From NCBI RefSeq assembly GCF_036321535.1, contig NC_087436.1, positions 21,578,001-21,642,000 of the forward strand: a stretch of DNA of 64,000 nucleotides. Direction: 5' to 3'. The stretch comes from Camelus dromedarius. Taxonomy: Eukaryota. The notes beneath the pieces were generated by a model. That model was given only the letters and a program-made list of their open reading frames with translations. It was not told where the DNA came from and ran no database searches. Positions 40,120 through 51,839 of the stretch are shown piece after piece; the stretch's first letter is position 1; the number at the start of each line of letters is the position of its first letter. Position numbers and translations under genes: made by a program.

Positions 40120-40445
40120 CTTCTTCTTTCCTCCTCTTCTGCCCAACCTTTAGATCTCAGTTGGAGCATCACTTCCTTAGAGAACCTTTTCCTGAATGCC
40201 CAGATTGGGTCAGGGATGATTGTTATATGGTCTCTTAGCCCCTTTTAATCTTCCACCACAGCACTGCTCACAACTGTGATTTCATATTTGTGTGATTATG
40301 TAGTTAATGTCTGCCTCTCCCCACTCTAAACAGACTCTAGCCATGTGAGGACCGGGGTGCCTGCTGTTGCTCATGCTTGTCCCCCAGGGCCTGTCTCAGT
40401 GCTTGGAACACATTCTTAGGGAGCATTTGTGGAATGACTAAAGAA
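40120..40445 (+). mobile_element. L2 3' end
   Basis: atctcag...catcacttccttagagaacctttcctga...cagtgcttggaacaca...tttgtggaatga. Confidence 0.7.
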
Positions 40446-43400
40446 ATGGAAATATCTTCTATCCTAAAATGAATCTATACATGAAGTTGTTGATCTATTG
40501 CCTTCCTTCCTTCTAGTATCACATTTAGGAAAATTAATTTAAATTTCTGATTTCTACTCTTACAGCTTCAGTCTGCTGCAAGTAGGCTTTATTTCAAGCA
40601 TTTCCAAGTAGTCCTTGCCTGCGACCCACTCGGGTGATTCAGGAGAGGCTAATCCACAGGAACATCAAAGCCATCTTTCAGATGTCCTGGAGCTAAAGAG
40701 AAGGGAGGAGACCACACTTGAGAGCTAGAGTGAGAAAGTCTATACGATTCCTGGCAGAACTTCAGCCAGTGATTACAGCTCAGTATTGCTCAGCAGGGAC
40801 CCTCAAGGTTCATCCCAGTCAGGAAGGGCAGTGTGCAACACCTAAAGGCAAGAGCCCCTAAGGTCCTCCTTAGCTACTCATGAAATGAAAACTCTCCCCA
40901 TTTGGTCTTGGCTGTAAAGAAATGGCCATTTCCTCAGAAGGTTTGGGAAACTCCATGGGACTATTGAGATAAGTCACAATGACCCCTTGAATAGATCGAG
41001 GTGGATGAGTCCCTGGAAAAAGGATGAAGATTTCCAGGAAGGGAAAGGGGAAGGGCTAGCTGTACCCGTGCCTCCTAAATGGAGGTTGGCAGAGGATGCC
41101 ACTCTCCACCTCCTGGTCCAAAACCAAGGCCAGAGGAAGGTCAGTGAAGAGTGTCCCCAGAGAGACACAAAAGCTGAGAGACTTCTGCCTACCCAGATCT
41201 ATGTGCGTTTGGACTAGGGTGCCAGGAAGAAATGCCACATATACTCTTTGGGCTGCTTTGCCTGTGAAATACCATCTTTGGGGGCCCTACCCTGAGTGCA
41301 AATGAGCTTTGGAAAAAATACTAAGTTCCTACATTCTAGGAAAAGATTTCTGGAGAGAGACAGCCATCTTTGCAAAGGATTGCCAAGATTTTACTGGGGA
41401 GGTGCACCACGGCCTAGAGGGCAGGCATGACCATCCTCATTTTGGGATTGTGAAGGCTGGGCCTGGATTCCAGAGCCTAATCACATGAGATACCCCTGCC
41501 TCATGGAGAGAGTGAGCAATCCTGACAGACAGTCTAAAAAGAAGATGGCTTTGTGGGTCCCAGGGGAAGCCACATCAGGAAGTAAGTTATACATTAATCT
41601 CTGGATTGGGCTTTTGATCTTCTCCACGATCTGTGAAGCCTTGTGAGAGCTTACAGCTTGATTGAGCGGTGCTGTGGAGAAGTGATGGAAGTTCTCATCT
41701 CCTGAGTCAGTGTAAAAGGATGGTTGTGGCGAGAGACCCCAGTGGCAGCTTGTGGGGCCCAGCACAGTAGCCTTGGAGGAGGCTCACTTAACAGGTGCTG
41801 CAGAAACCAGTCCTAAGCAGGCACAAATGCTTGAGAGATAACAGGGGCTGGAAGTCCTGTGCATTGTGACTATTGTTATTAGCTGTGCTGGTGCAGGGAA
41901 GAGGCCCCATCCCAGACGAGCACCTCCCACTATGCTAATCTATGCTAATTGCACAGCCACCTTCAGCCCAGCACAGGCCAACAGAGCTTCTCTCTTTAGA
42001 CACATGCATGTCTGGCAGGCAGGCACACGCCCTGCCCACTCTTTGTCTTTTAAACACCTAAAGATTCTTCTCACTCCTCTCTGTCCTTGTCCCTGTTTCC
42101 TTGGCCATTTTCATTCCCTAATGGCACCATTTTCTCCTGGTGTTCCCTATAAAGCTCTGAATACTTTTCATCAGTCTGTTTCTCGGAATCTCTGCCTCCC
42201 TCCTCCTCCTCCCTTTCAAACGTTGGCGTCTCAGGGTTCTGTCCTCCTCCTAGCTCTGCTGTCACCGTCGAAACTATCTTTGGGGGATCTTGGTCAGCTA
42301 CTGCCAGGATGCCCACCCATGCCAGTTTTCTCTCTCTTCCCAAATATTTTTCCTGCTCTGGGGTCTATTGAGAGTTTTCTAAAAAATGTATATATATGAG
42401 ATATGATCTTTTTCCTTACAGATAGTTTAAATTAGTTGCTATAAATGGCATCTTTTAATAGGAAACAAGTATTGTCCTTACGTCTGCATTTAACTATTCA
42501 GACTACTTTGATTTTTAGTTGAATTTAGAATATGATATTAAAAATTTTGTAGTTTATTTAAATCATAATTATATGAGATACTTAATATGTACATTTAATT
42601 TTTATTGGTAATAAAAATCATAATACTGAAGTAAGGATTAAAAGCCACTTAGGGGAATATAGAAACAGTAATAATGTCTTAGTACTTATAGTTAATAGAA
42701 TTATTCTTTGAAATTACCTTGTCTCAAAAATTAAAGCATAAAATGAATTTATAGATACTCAGTTTTTAAAGCACTTTTATACATAGAAAAAACTTAGCTT
42801 TATACGTGGGCACAAATGTTGCTTATAAGGGAAAGGAATGTTTCCTTGGTAGCTAGCCATAAGTATAGTTACCAATGGAGAACGGAGAACTGTAATTTCC
42901 TTAGTCCCTAGATACATACAGGGGAGTTTTTTCTTTTCTTTAACATAAAAATGAGTTAATGCCCCTCAGAATTTTCTGTCAATAGTTAACTGCTCTGAAA
43001 CTAGATCTCAGAGACAAAGTGACTCTGGAATTACTTAGATAATTCAAGAAAATCTTTCATTTTCATACAGAGTACTTCATTTAAACCATACAAGTTTGGG
43101 TTTTGCTTTTTCTCAAAGGTTATGATTTTTTTTTAAAATTCTTTTTTAGTTAACCACAGATGATCTGGGCATAGAAAACAAGTTCAGGGCGAGGGCCAGG
43201 ACACAGGACAACCATTCTAACTTGGTGTCACCATCTGCCGAAACGAGAACGACACATACCGAAACACTCGTGGCAATCTATAGTGCCTCTATAAACGACA
43301 ATAAGTGAGACAAACACTAAGCATAGTGCAAATATGCAGAATAGCGCTGTTCTGGGTCCTCAGAATCGGTGAGGCAAGTCTGCTGCAGCTCCAGGTGTCC

Positions 43401-43688
43401 ACTTGAGCACAGTGATGGCCTTGTAAACAGATTGTGACGTGGCCAGAGCCATCTGTGCTGCTCCACAGACCAGCACAGAGTCCAACAGAAGGGAGCAGCC
43501 GCAGCGAGTTCCCCTAACCTTCCGCCCGTTCACAGCCTAGCGGTGCGCCTGTAGTTCAGGATCAAGAGGTATCTATCTGCACATCTGGACCCATTTTTGA
43601 GTCATCCCCATGGGAAGAGGAGTTGAGATGTTTGGCTGGCTCAGCTGCCTGGGCAGCTGTGAACTCAGCGGGAACAGAAGCCTCAGAG

Positions 43689-43910
43689 CACGTGTATTTA
43701 TTGCTGATTAGGACCCCGGGCCTGATAATGAAAGTAAGTGGAACTTGATTGGTTGGTTTGTTCATGGAAGCGACGTCCTCATTGGCTGTCAGGGCGGCCG
43801 TTTGCCAAGGCTGGGGAAGAAAAGGTAGAGGAAGCGGAGAGCCGGAAGAAGTAACCCTAGAAAAGGCAAGGGATGCTGTATAGGCAGGAGTTAAGATGCT
43901 GCAAGGGCGG
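43689..43910 (-). promoter_or_regulatory. Candidate promoter (tandem CCAAT, GC boxes, ETS, CRE-like, E-box, TATA-like) in a weak CpG island
   Basis: ATTGG 43748-52 and 43781-85; GACGTC 43772-77; GGGCGG 43792-97 and 43905-10; CCGGAAG 43842-48; minus-strand AATAAATA 43702-43695; CACGTG 43689-94; CpGs retained over ~43180-44500. Confidence 0.55.
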
Positions 43911-43946
43911 AGAGGAGAAGCGTTTCCGAAGCATGGTTGTGAAGTG

Positions 43947-44160
43947 GTTATGAGCTGGGTATATTAAGCTAGACTCCCCAGTTTCAAATTCCAGCTCTCA
44001 TGACCATGGGGAAGTTCCTTACCCTCCCTTTGCCTAAATTTCCTCATAAAAGATGAAAATAGCAGTCTTTATGTAGGAGAGTTGTTGTGGGATTATATGA
44101 GTTAATAGAGGTGGGGCAATTAGAGCAGCATGAAACGCACAGAAAAATTGCTCAGTGAGT
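43947..44160 (+). mobile_element. MIR SINE
   Basis: gtttcaaattccagctct...tgaccatggggaagttcctta...gttgttgtgggatta. Confidence 0.75.
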
Positions 44161-44464
44161 TTGCGCCTTCATTAGCCGCTGTGATGAATGTTCTTACATA
44201 GCGCCTGAATATGTATCACTGCTTCCCCTGGGACCCGCAGCCACACAGCACACCAGCCATGGGTGCAGAGTGTGGGAACCGGTAGCCGTCCTTGCGTGCG
44301 CCTCTGCATTTGAGGAATTGCCAGACTAAAAGCAGAGCACTTTCTAGAGAACGCAAAATAATTGGAGCCTTTAGTGCAAGGCTCTATAAACTCCACGTAG
44401 GTCGGTAACATTTTAGGGCATTTTTGTGGGAAACACGCACACACACACGCACACTCAGTGATCT

Positions 44465-44685
44465 CTTACTACGTGGCACACATTCTGTTAAGCGCTCTAC
44501 ATGTGTAATATCACATACTTCTCACAGCAATTCTGTGAGGCAAGCCTAACTATTATCTTCATTTCAAAGATGAAAGATCTGAGTTTTGGGTGTGTTACAG
44601 TTACCTGGGATCCAATATCCGGTAAATGGTATAGACAGAGTTTGGACCCATGTCTTCCTGACTCCAAAGCAAACGCTCTTAACTG
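44465..44685 (-). mobile_element. MIR SINE
   Basis: tctcacagcaattctgtgagg...atttcaaagatga...ctgactccaaagc...ctcttaac. Confidence 0.7.
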
Positions 44686-45835
44686 AGGTACTGGAAGGTG
44701 TGCAGGCCACGGTGGTCAAAGGGAGGTCAGGGTGGTGAACACAGCCTGTAATGCTCTGAGGAAATTGTCACACTTTCTGGAGTTTGTGAGCTGAAAATTA
44801 TGAAGCTTTGTTCTCTGTCACAGGGTTGAAATTTGACAGTTACACTAAAGAAGGGTGTCCAAATGATGGAGCTTTGTTTCCTGTATCCGAGATCCACTTC
44901 TCCTCGGCCCTCATTTCCCTCCTCATGAGAGGGAGAGTCACACTGCTTGCATCGGCCATCTAAAGCCCACCCAATATCTTCTGTTTTGTAGGAGTGAATA
45001 TTCACTTTATTCAAAGTTCACCCGATGCTAATATCAAACCTGCTGTTATGTTTGCTTCCATTCTGTCGAACGTTCTTCTCCTTCTGTTTCCCAAGATGCG
45101 GAGTTTGGGTATCCTCAGGGCAGGGAGGCAGCAGACTGATTCCTCTGCTGAATGTCCCCAGGTGGGGTGCCAAGTGGGTCTTCCTCTTAGCGTTGTCAAG
45201 GTCATTACTCCTCTCTTGCTGCCTGAGCCTCCCACCTTGTCCTCCCGATGTGGCCGACCCTCTGAGGCATGGTCAGGGGTGCTGTTTAATTCCGAGACAT
45301 TTTCCCTGGGCATCTGCTCTAGGTTACATTATTCTTCAAAGAGGGACCACCCTCCACCCACTCCCCCTGCAGCAAGTGTGCCAGTCAGCCTCCTCCAATG
45401 ACTTTCCTTCTTCCTCAGGGGTGGGGAAACACATCCTCTAGACTCCCAACGTGCATGCTGTAAAGGCAGTTGCCTTCAGCCATTTCTACACTTTGACTTT
45501 GGAGTCAGGGTGAGAGCTGGGTGGTTCTCTGAAACAAGTGGTTTCAGAGAAACGGGCTTCTCTGAAAGGCTGGCCCAGCAGGCGGAGCAAAGACGCCTCC
45601 TGCTCAGAGAGGTCCTGTAACTTGTTTGTGTGTCTAAGCCACCCACCCTTCACCTGAGGACTTTTTCCGCAGGGGTGGGTTTGGCCCCAGTGATAGGGGA
45701 GGGGGCAGGAAGCCCCTCTGGAATTATTTACTCTGCATTTCTCTCTCTTCCTTTCTCTCAAAGAGAGGCTTAGCAGTTGGGTGGGAATTTTCTTTAGTGC
45801 ATATCTTTTTTTTTTTCTCTTCATACTTTTAAAAA

Positions 45836-45994
45836 ATTCATTTATTTTTATTGAAGTATAGTCAATTTACAATGTCATGTTAATTTCTGGTGTACCGCAT
45901 AGTGATTCATATATATATAATATATATATTATATATATATTTCTTTTCATTATAGGCCATTACAAGGTATTGAATACAGTTCCCCGTGCTATAC
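45836..45994 (-). mobile_element. Short L1 3' end lying in the tail of a Vic-1 SINE
   Basis: ttattgaagtatagtcaatttacaatg...ttgaatacagttccccgtgctatac. Confidence 0.88.
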
Positions 45995-45999
45995 TTTTT

Positions 46000-46108
46000 T
46001 TAAAAAAGAAAGTTCTTTGTTATTTAATTATTTTATTTTTTAAGTGGAGGTACTGGGGATTGAACTCAGGACCTCCTGCATACTAAGCATGAGCTATTTC
46101 CCACCCTG
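46000..46108 (-). mobile_element. Camelid Vic-1-type SINE head (internal deletion over the A box)
   Basis: tggaggtactggggattgaactcaggacctc matches the 19364-19513 copy; outer TSD ctttagtgcatatctt (45792-45807) / ctttagtacatatctt (46109-46124). Confidence 0.88.
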
Positions 46109-46579
46109 CTTTAGTACATATCTTGACTAGTCTGCTTGATGATCTGCTATGTAGAAAATCTTCCAAAGTTCGTTCTCTGACTTGCGATGAGAAGATTTTG
46201 GAAATTAAGGAGTGTGTGGGGGTGGGAGGGGGAGGGTGCTCTTGCTCAAGGAAACCAGGCTTTCAGGAGTATTTCTCACTGTAAACTTTACAAATCTGAT
46301 TTAACACTGAAATCTGAGCGATTCTTTTCCTCCAGGTAATATGGGCTTTTCCCTCAAGGCAATGAAAGCCCTTGATTCAATGTCTGGGAGAGCCTTAGGG
46401 AATTAAAAATACATGGTTACATTATTTTCAAGATATTACAGCCATTACATGTATATCTAGTTTAATGTTACTTTCTGTGTGGATTTCCATTTTGTGATCC
46501 TCAACTTTAATAAAATTTTTACTTAACTGTTCCAGGGTGATTTCAGTTGCAGTTTAGACCAGAGCATTAAACAGAGAAC

Positions 46580-48050
46580 AACAATGGCCATGGGTTCCTG
46601 GGGGAAGGAACCAGAGATAGATTTAGGATACCAGCCTCGGGCTGTGTTGTGTGGTCCTTCAAAGGTCCCAGCCTCCCCCTTTAGTCAAGAGACTCGGGGT
46701 TTGTGAGTTGGCTTAAGTCTAGACGGATAAGGTATACATTTCCACTATGGTGATTTGAGTTAAGATTCTGATGCCTAAATCTAGACCACCTCTGTCAATT
46801 TAGGTACAGAAATGCTTTAAATAGGCAATCCATCTGCTTTATTTCTAGGGCTCATTGCTGATTCCATGGACAATTCACCGTCCCCAGGAATCCTTGCGGG
46901 TCAGAACAGCCTGACTTAATTTTCGCTGGAGGCTACTGTTTAATGGTATGCCCTTTCTCACTGGTGGTTAATTGCTAACACCTGGTCTCTGCCCTGCTGG
47001 GATCGCATTATTTCCATTGAGATCAGGAAGCTAAATTTTAATGCATCATCCTCCACTGTTGTCTCCAGCTTTCAGAGGACATCCAACACAGAGCTTTTCA
47101 GTCTTTCGGTGGCTTTCTCATCAATGCCTTGGTAAAGGAAGTATTCTGTGAGCCATCCCTAGGAGGTACAGTTGAGGTGGTGAGCAGGTTGCCACATAAT
47201 GGATTCAGTCCAGCCTCCCATTCTCCATTAGGGCTCCTTCCTCTCCTATAACTCTGGAGCCTTCCCACATTTTGACCTCAGTGATGTCGATCAGGGGTCA
47301 GCAAATTTTTTCAGTAAACAGAAAATAGTAAATATCTTAGACTATGAGGAGAATATGGTCTCCATCACAACTACTCAGTTTTGCCATGATAGCTCAAAAG
47401 CAGCCACAGGCAATATGGAAATACATAAGTATAGCTGTGTTCCTATAAAGTTTTATTTATATAAACAGATGGAGGACTGGATTTGGCTAATGGGCCATAG
47501 TTTATTGGCCGCTGATGTAGATAACTTTTGGATCCAGCTTCAGTTAGCTAACTTAGCAAACCATCAACACCACTGTTGATGATCTAATACGTTATTTGCG
47601 AGTCCTTGGTGACAGGTGCTCTCAGGGAGCTAATGCTCTCAGAATCCACTTCCACACATGCTCCTCAGTCCTACTGGCACATGTTGTCTCTCTTTTGTTG
47701 TATAGATTCTCTCCTTTAGAGCTGGCCTTGTATTACTCTGTCTGGACTATGTAGGGCTTTAACTCTTGTTAGGGCCCAGAGTCAATGAGGGGGATTAGGG
47801 GTGAATCCTGAGAACAGTCATTAGTTTGTGGGACAGTTCTTCCTGGTTAGTCAGTGAAAGGCTCCTTACTAAGGATTAAGCTAGTTCCCTTGGAGGGTGG
47901 GCAGAGTATTCTTAAAGGAGAGAGAGTTCCTTGAACTCTACAAGGAATGTTCAGAGTTCCCCTTTGTATTTACCAGTGGTAATGTATAGACCACCCTTGC
48001 CCCCCCGCCAATAAATGAGCCTTCTGCATTCAGGGTGGGAAGAGCTGGGC
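46580..48050 (-). mobile_element. ERVL/MaLR internal region, decayed gag-like coding sequence
   Basis: Minus translation with stops and frameshifts NTSFTKAL.../LKSSVLDVL*...LISMEIMRSQQGRDQVLAINHQ resembles ERVL gag (PFTKAL...LKSSV...GRGQVAALNRQ). Confidence 0.75.
47292..47514 (+). mobile_element. MER58A-like hAT-Charlie MITE inserted in the ERVL gag fossil
   Basis: caggggtcagcaaa...gggccatagttt...ctg; 8-bp TSD atgtcgat/atgtagat. Confidence 0.88.
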
Positions 48051-48324
48051 ACCCTTTGTCACTGGGAATAGTAACTGCATGGAATATGATGGCCTTAAGG
48101 AAAATAGAAGCATGTAAGGAAGGAAAGGTAATAGGTAATATGACAAGTTGACCTGGTCTGGACCTGCATGTATTTCCTGTTGGCTTTTGAGGAATGGGGA
48201 GGGGAACTGCTGAGCTGAGAGGCTCAAGATGGTGGTCAGATGTAGTCAGGCACCAAGAGAGATTGCTCTAAAGGCATATATTTCAGAATTGCAGAGTCAA
48301 ATGCAAATTAGTCAAAAAGAGAAA

Positions 48325-49600
48325 ATATGATTTTACATTTTAGATCATTTCAAACATTCAGAAGAGTTTCAGGAACTGTACAAGAAACACCATTAACACT
48401 TGACCCAGATCACCAAGTGTTTACATTTTGCTCCAAATGTTTATCATGCTTTCTCCCCTCCCTCTTTCTCTTGCTATATGTAGTTTTTGCGTGTGTGTGT
48501 AAACTTTTTCTTTCTGAACCGTTTGAGAGTACATTGAGGAATTGTACTTCTTTATCCTGTAATAATTCAGTGTGTACTTCCTAAGAAAAAGAACATTTTC
48601 TTTATTATCAAAACCCAGAAATGTAATATTGATATATAACATTACCTAATCTGCTGCCTATTCAGATTTTATCAATTGTCCCACCAATATCCTTTACAGC
48701 TTTTTTTTTTTTTTTTCTCTTGGTCTAAGATGGAGCAAGGTCGTTCTTGTAATGGATTCAGTTTCAATCTGTCTAGAACCATTCCTCAGCCTTTGCTTTT
48801 TTTGACTTTGACAATTTGAAGAGTGCATTATAGAATGACAGTTAATCTAGTTACTAAATTATTTTGTAGCATGACATTTAATTTGAATTTATCTAATTTT
48901 TCTTAATTTCAGATTCATTTTGTTTCTATGTATTTTTGGTAAGAAAGCAATGGAAGCAATGCTGTTTAGTTCTTAGACCATGATATTGAGAGGCACGTGA
49001 CATCAGTTTGTTCCAGTGTTAGTGATATTAGCTTTCTGCACTGTAAACTAACTTTTTATTTTTGTAATAAGTAATTCATAGGAAGATACTACACAACTGT
49101 GTAAAAATAATGTTCCTCATCAAGCTTCCACTTCCTAGTTTTAGCATCCACTGATGATTTTTCTACTCCATCATTCTCTCTGTGTTAGTGGTCATTATAC
49201 CGTAAGAGATTTTCCTCTTTCCCGTTTAATTATTGATTTACTTACATCAGAATGAACCCATGGATTATTATTTTATTCACTGGGTTATAGTCCATTATTA
49301 TCAGTAGTTTGTTGCTTAATTTGTCCCAGATTTGGCCAGTGGGGTTCCTTCAAGCTGCTTCCTGTGACCTTTGTCAAATTCTCATGGTTATTTTGACACT
49401 TCCTTTTTGGCACAACAAGCTGCTCCAGGGTCATCCTGTACTTTTTCCTGAAGCATCCCTGAAACCAGGCATTGCTTTGAAGGATTTCTGGTTCATTGGA
49501 GTAAAGAATGGCATTTAGCAAGCAAGAACTTGGCTCAAGACTGCTCATTGCTACTGTGTGTGATTTATTTTAGGCCTTCTCAGATACAAGAGATAAGGAA
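48325..49600 (-). mobile_element. L1MC-like 3' UTR, antisense
   Basis: ttgtcccagatttggccagtgg...ttcaagctg...cctgtgacctttg; ttcctaagaa...aacattttc. Confidence 0.75.
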
Positions 49601-50779
49601 TACATGGACATATGTATAAATGGGTGTGGAGTCTTTAGTGTCTTGGGCACACTTAGTTATAGCAAATAATTCTCTATTTTGAGACTAACCGTTGAGATGT
49701 TGGTCCTGGTACTTGGGTAACTGTTAGGAGTGTAAGCTTTCAGGTAATCACAGTTCTTAGAGGATCTCCTATTAATATTACACATAGAGTTGATTTGACT
49801 TGATTTTAAAAATCAACAAATATTTACTGAGAACTACTATATCCTCCCCTTCCAGATACAGAATTAATAAAGAAAAAAAAATAATCTAGTGATTTCAGGA
49901 TGGACAGAGTGATACTATAGGGAACACATGTGCACACAATTCCAGAATACAGTTGAGATTTCCACAGTAAATAATTTCTATCATGTTTTTAAAGAAAATT
50001 TTCAAGCCTAATATCAGATGTAAGAGTTTACCTTGAAATTAAGAGAACTTTTTCTGCTTCTAGTTTTAGTTCTTGATTCTTCCCTACTGTATGATATCTC
50101 ATTGTCTAATTATATATCCTTGAAAATTCATTCTTTCAATGGACATTTGAGTTATTACTCTGTTTGTTTTCTGTATAAGAATTCTCATTGCTTTCTCATC
50201 AACATTTAGTATTATCAGACTTTATTATTCTTTTGGTTACTGTTTTGCCAGTCTGGCAGTTGTGAAGTGCTATTTCTTAATGGCCTAAATTTATGTTTCT
50301 TCCAGAGAGGTTTTCATCTGTTAGCTTGGAACCACTGTGATGATTTTAACATGGGGCCACCTGAGCCCCATTTGAGCAACCAAGTGGACCTCTCTGATTT
50401 AGCTTCACCACCTCAAGGGGGAGCCCCAAACTAGATTCCTGTCCCAGAACTGGAACAAATCTTCCCAGAGTAACAACTGGTTTTGTGTTTTCTTGTTGCT
50501 GATCTTTCTAACTTTATTTCACTCTTTCCCAATAGTTTGAACTTCCTGTCTGTACCCAGCCATGCATTATAGTGTTTATCTGGGATCTAGTTGTACTGTA
50601 GTAGAAGAGCTCTCAGAGATTCTAACCCACTTCATTTCCAGAAGCTGAAGCCAATGATGTACACATTTTTTTTTAGCAATATGCAAAAAGGTCACAGAAC
50701 ATTCCGTTCTCCCAGCCGAAATTTTCATAATCTGAGCATTTCACTAGCCACTCACATTGAATGCTAGGAGAGTGGAGTA

Positions 50780-50999
50780 CAGTGACCTTTGAACAACACG
50801 GGTTTGGACTGCATGGGCCCACTTATATGCAGATTTTTAAAATAAATTTGTCCTGCAGTACTACATCATCTAGTTTTGTTGAACCTATGGATGCAGCGCC
50901 ACTGATTAGGAGGGCCAACTGTAAAGTTATGTGTGGATTTTGATTGGGTGGTTGGGGGGATTTGTGCCTCTAACCCCAGAGTTGTTCAGGGGTTGACTG
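50780..50999. mobile_element. MER8/Tigger2a-like TcMar MITE, complete
   Basis: TIRs cagtgacctttgaacaac / gttgttcaggggttgactg flanked by a TA duplication (50778-79, 51000-01). Confidence 0.9.
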
Positions 51000-51251
51000 T
51001 AAACATTTTCAAGATAGACAAAGGAAATTTGTTTGCTATTTCAACCTTTGCTATTTGCTCAGAAGTTCCTGGCATCTTGTGGCCTCTAGCCCTCAGGATT
51101 GAAAGATTCAGGCTTTACCAGACATAGTATGATTGCTCCCTCCTCAGAGTTACCAGGAAAATGCCTTGAATCACATGGTTCCTACAGACGTAGAAGGCAG
51201 AGATGGTTTAGGATGGGTGGGTAGGGAGTTGACTCTATTTAATGTGTAAGG

Positions 51252-51739
51252 TGCCAGCTAAAAATTGACACTTGCCATCTGCCTCTACAAGGGTTAGATC
51301 ATGAGTCACTGAAGCCACTGACCTACAACACACCTGGAAAAGAGTTCAGGACAGAGATCAGGAATGTGGCACTGTGTGCTCTGGGAAAAACTGGCAGAAC
51401 AGGCCTTCAGATAGTTAGACATTTTCAGGAGAAGCTTTTATGAGCCCAAATTCTTACATCTCTTTATATCTAGAAAAACACTAAAGTTATTAATGGAGAC
51501 ATCTGCTCCTCAAGACTAGCAGTAATCTCACAAGACTAGCAGCAACCTTCTGCAAAAATGTGTGCTGATTGCATGTAACCCCTTCACCAAAATCACAAAT
51601 ATGCTGACCTCCCCCCTTACCTCTTTGGGGCAGTTCCTCAGAGCTGTCTGAAATGCTGTCTCTTGGGCTACAGTCTTCATTTTGCCCCCAATAAAACTTA
51701 ACTCACAGCTCTCACAATGTGCATTTTTTTCAGTTGACA
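51252..51739 (+). mobile_element. ERV1-class solo LTR (cetartiodactyl MER41-like)
   Basis: TG...CA ends with imperfect inverted termini (tgccagct/agttgaca), AATAAA near the 3' end, perfect 4-bp TSD aagg (51248-51, 51740-43). Confidence 0.88.
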
Positions 51740-51839
51740 AAGGAAATCAGGCTGGGGTATTCCCTGGTACCTGGTGGGGGACTCTAGAATATTTTCCATT
51801 CTGATGAAGCCACCTCCACAAATGGAGCCCCAGCTGACC

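Noticed and set aside
41866..42399. Longest ORF in the track (177 aa)
   Set aside because: Non-ATG start, Pro/Leu/Ser-rich low-information translation from pyrimidine-rich DNA, no recognisable domain.
44994..45441. Three overlapping ORFs (135, 138 and 100 aa)
   Set aside because: Expected in locally GC-rich sequence; no homology recognised and no convincing splice structure.
46321..46341. Second AG|GT recursive-type motif (cctccag|gtaata)
   Set aside because: Short pyrimidine tract and weak regenerated donor.
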